From Bugula neritina (Eukaryota > Animalia > Bryozoa), in NCBI GenBank assembly GCA_964035545.1, contig OZ037765.1, positions 9,186,698 to 9,250,697 of the forward strand: DNA of 64,000 nt, written 5' to 3'. The notes beneath the pieces were generated by a model. That model was given only the letters and a program-made list of their open reading frames with translations. It was not told the origin of the DNA and searched no databases. Position 1 is the first letter of the stretch. Every line of letters begins with the position of its first letter. This document shows positions 61,255 to 64,000 of the stretch, in pieces. Made by a program: the position numbers and the translations under genes.

Positions 61255-62303
61255 ATAATTGCCATAGCAACCTATACATAACTACTGTTACCCATGTGCT
61301 TATGTAGCAGCTACATTGTATAATTACAGAGGTAACTCTGATTTCCAAGTTCGTGTATTAAGTTCATGAATAACTTTTGTCAGCTTTATGGCAGCAGCTA
61401 ACTTCATTGAAAATTGCTAATTGAATTTACCAGAAACTTGTTTTGCTATTCTAAGATATTGCAAAGAGTCTTATATTAAATTTAGCTCTAAGTTGAAACA
61501 TTTTTATTTAATGTTGTTTAGATTTATCACATCATTAAGAGTTGTAATCGAATATCATCTAGCAATTATTATAGCTTTCACTAGTGGAATCATTAGAAAT
61601 CACCCATAGAATAGAAATACGTTTTGTTTATTGTATTAGCTAGTAGCCACACTACATCTGAATCCATCTTCTCACTTTAGGTGTCATTGATTTAACCAAT
61701 ATAATGTATGCCATGAATTATTTTATATATTGTTTACAATGTCATTTATTCTAATCATATCTTAAACCCTTGATGCTTTCAGCACTGTAAATAAGCTACT
61801 AATGATGATGTGTGATAGTGTAGAGAAAATATTATTTGTTTTATTGAGTAACCCATTTATTATAGATATATATTTTTCTGTAAGATTTTTTGTTTGTACA
61901 TAATACCAATCTTAAATATATTATTTTCAGTTTGAAACTGCATATTATCATAAAAATTGTTTATTGTGACATACATTATAGTCCTATCTGAATTAAGAAA
62001 ATCATTGTTGTGTATATTATAATATAGAAATTCAGAACTCAGTGATGGTGATACAGTGAGAGTGCATGTTAATTCAAATGTTCCTAAATTTTTTGTTCAG
62101 ATACTATAAATCCATTTGTGTGCATAAATTTTATTTGTTACTGAGATGTCTAATACATAACACTGCTAACTTAGCTTTTATATTCAAACAAAAAGTAGAA
62201 ATAATATCTTAGGTGTTGACTGATGAAATAGAAAATTTTCAAAAAGGGATTTTGCTTTATAGTAGCTACAAAAAGTTGGGAAAGAGAGAATCATTATAAA
62301 AAT

Positions 62304-62364
62304 CACACACACGCACATACGTACACACACATGCACACACGTACACACACGTATACACGCACAC
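62304..62364. repeat. Imperfect (CA)n / alternating purine-pyrimidine tract
   Basis: cacacacacgcacatacgtacacacacatgcacacacgtacacacacgtatacacgcacac. Confidence 0.85.
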
Positions 62365-64000
62365 TTAGAATGATGACAAACCTCTTTTCTCTTGCAAATT
62401 AAAATCAAGGTAACACAACTCTAAGAAAAAATGTATTTGCAAAATATATTAGTTGATAGGATAAAAAAACTGCCAAGATATTGTATACGTGTAACAGAAA
62501 TTGCTATTAGCAATATTATTTTTTACTAACACCTACTATATCAGGTGGTATTTTGTGATCATAAGATATACAACATTAATAACTTGAAGAGTTGCTATTA
62601 GAATTTGCAGTATAACCATAACTTAGAACAATATATACTATGTTAGATTGATTAAAAGTATTGATCAACCTGAAGATATATAAAGAAAGGTTTGTTTAGA
62701 GATTCTTCACCAGTCTGTAATTTGGAGTATATTAGCCTGTATATGTGTATTAGACTGATATTTTAGTCTTCACTTCCTTCAGTTAGTTATTGTATTTCTA
62801 TTGATTTATGCTGACAGTTCATAATGTGATAATAGCCCACTCCTTCATAAGCATACCAGCTGTACTAAGTATGAGATGCATCTAAGCACTACCAGCTGTA
62901 GTCATTTATAATCTATAAACTTGACCCAACAACTTGGGAGCCATTAAATCCTAACATAACAGTAAGTTGAGTATATTTTAGTTGAATAACTTACATTAAT
63001 ATCTATTAATTATATTGCATTATTACTCATTCTAGTGCTGAATATATTTGACTTATTAGATTATTGAAGCATGTCTCCTAACGTTTAGTTACACATTATA
63101 TTATATTTGATTTGCAACATGTTCAGCTTCAATGAGCATTTAAGTACATTCAGCTAAGCATAAAATTTACCTACTCCTACAAAAATGACAAAATTTACAA
63201 AAAGTAACCAAGCTATCTGAGAAATTTGTATGCTGTCTCACCCAAAAGATTGTGGAAGGATTTTGCAAGTAATTTTAATATAAAAGTTGTAATATTTCAT
63301 ACACACCATATTAATGTTGCGAGCAGCAGCCTTTTTTAAAAAGTGCTTTGAATCTACTGGGTAGATTTTAGACTGAACTGTGTTATTTTCACTCAACAGA
63401 TATTAGTTAACCCTGCTGTCAAGTAATAATTACCAATTTCCTCTTTCATGCAAACACTAGAAAATATAAATATTCAATGATACAATATACATATCCACAT
63501 ATTATACTTTACACTCACACAGCTAGCTGCAACAAATAGCATAACGTGATCATATAGTTTAAAGCAGAGTAGTAGTTTAGTGAAATTTTAAATATTGTGC
63601 ATTGTGCCAACATATTTTAATCATGATTTGAGAATTGTATTGTACGCCCAAGGAGCTCAATATCATAGCTTTTATCTGGTAATCTTAACTTCGATTGCAA
63701 TTAATAATGTATATTCTGCTGATCCACTAATTACTATGCAAAGGCTGCTAATCAATACTTAAATTAAAAGCACAGGACTTTGATAGGTGGCTAGGTATCT
63801 TGCATCATCAATACTGGTTTTGTAACTGCACTGATTGCCTAAAATTCTACTTTATTACACCTTACGTTGATAGCTGGGAGCTACATGGCATTTTGTGAAG
63901 AGCATTTGTGTGTTTTTGGTTTAAATAGTATTGATATCCTTAGGCACATAATTACTGATACAAATTATGACTTCGAAGAGCAAGAGTATGAATCCTAAAG

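Noticed and set aside
1-64000. Prokaryotic-type systems (CRISPR arrays, operons, defence islands) and rRNA genes
   Set aside because: The sequence is spliceosomal-intron-rich animal DNA; no regularly spaced repeat-spacer array or rRNA-like segment was seen.
61421-64000. Short ORFs downstream of the transporter
   Set aside because: No domain similarity; they derive from AT-rich UTR/intergenic sequence and the CA repeat.

Overview
This is AT-rich eukaryotic genomic DNA from a bilaterian invertebrate; the species cannot be fixed from sequence alone. It is not prokaryotic, so most entries in the ORF track are exon fragments or noise. I assembled four genes by hand from splice sites and reading frames. 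(1) The 3' part of a rhodanese + dual-specificity phosphatase gene resembling STYXL1/MK-STYX (<1-900, +), with an intact catalytic HCxxGxSRS motif. (2) A 16-exon glycyl-tRNA synthetase (GARS, 2775-16415, +) with predicted dual mitochondrial/cytosolic starts, one GC-AG intron, and one intron that appears displaced by 12 nt from the position of the vertebrate minor (U12) intron. (3) A ZEB/zfh1/zag-1 zinc-finger repressor (45086-17716, -) whose frame depends on an 11-nt microexon. It has no recognisable homeodomain, has a Pro/Ala tandem repeat in its middle, and has a candidate internal TATA/Inr promoter. (4) A serotonin-transporter-like SLC6 gene (52087-61254, +) with a candidate Cys-rich N-terminal extension. 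Also present are an RTE-clade LINE relic, a tRNA-derived SINE, microsatellites, a G21 tract and several intronic hairpins. I found no wholly new multi-gene system. The best leads are the ZEB locus architecture, the active-site-intact STYXL1-like protein and the GARS intron shift. All comparisons with human or fly orthologues are from memory and need verification.
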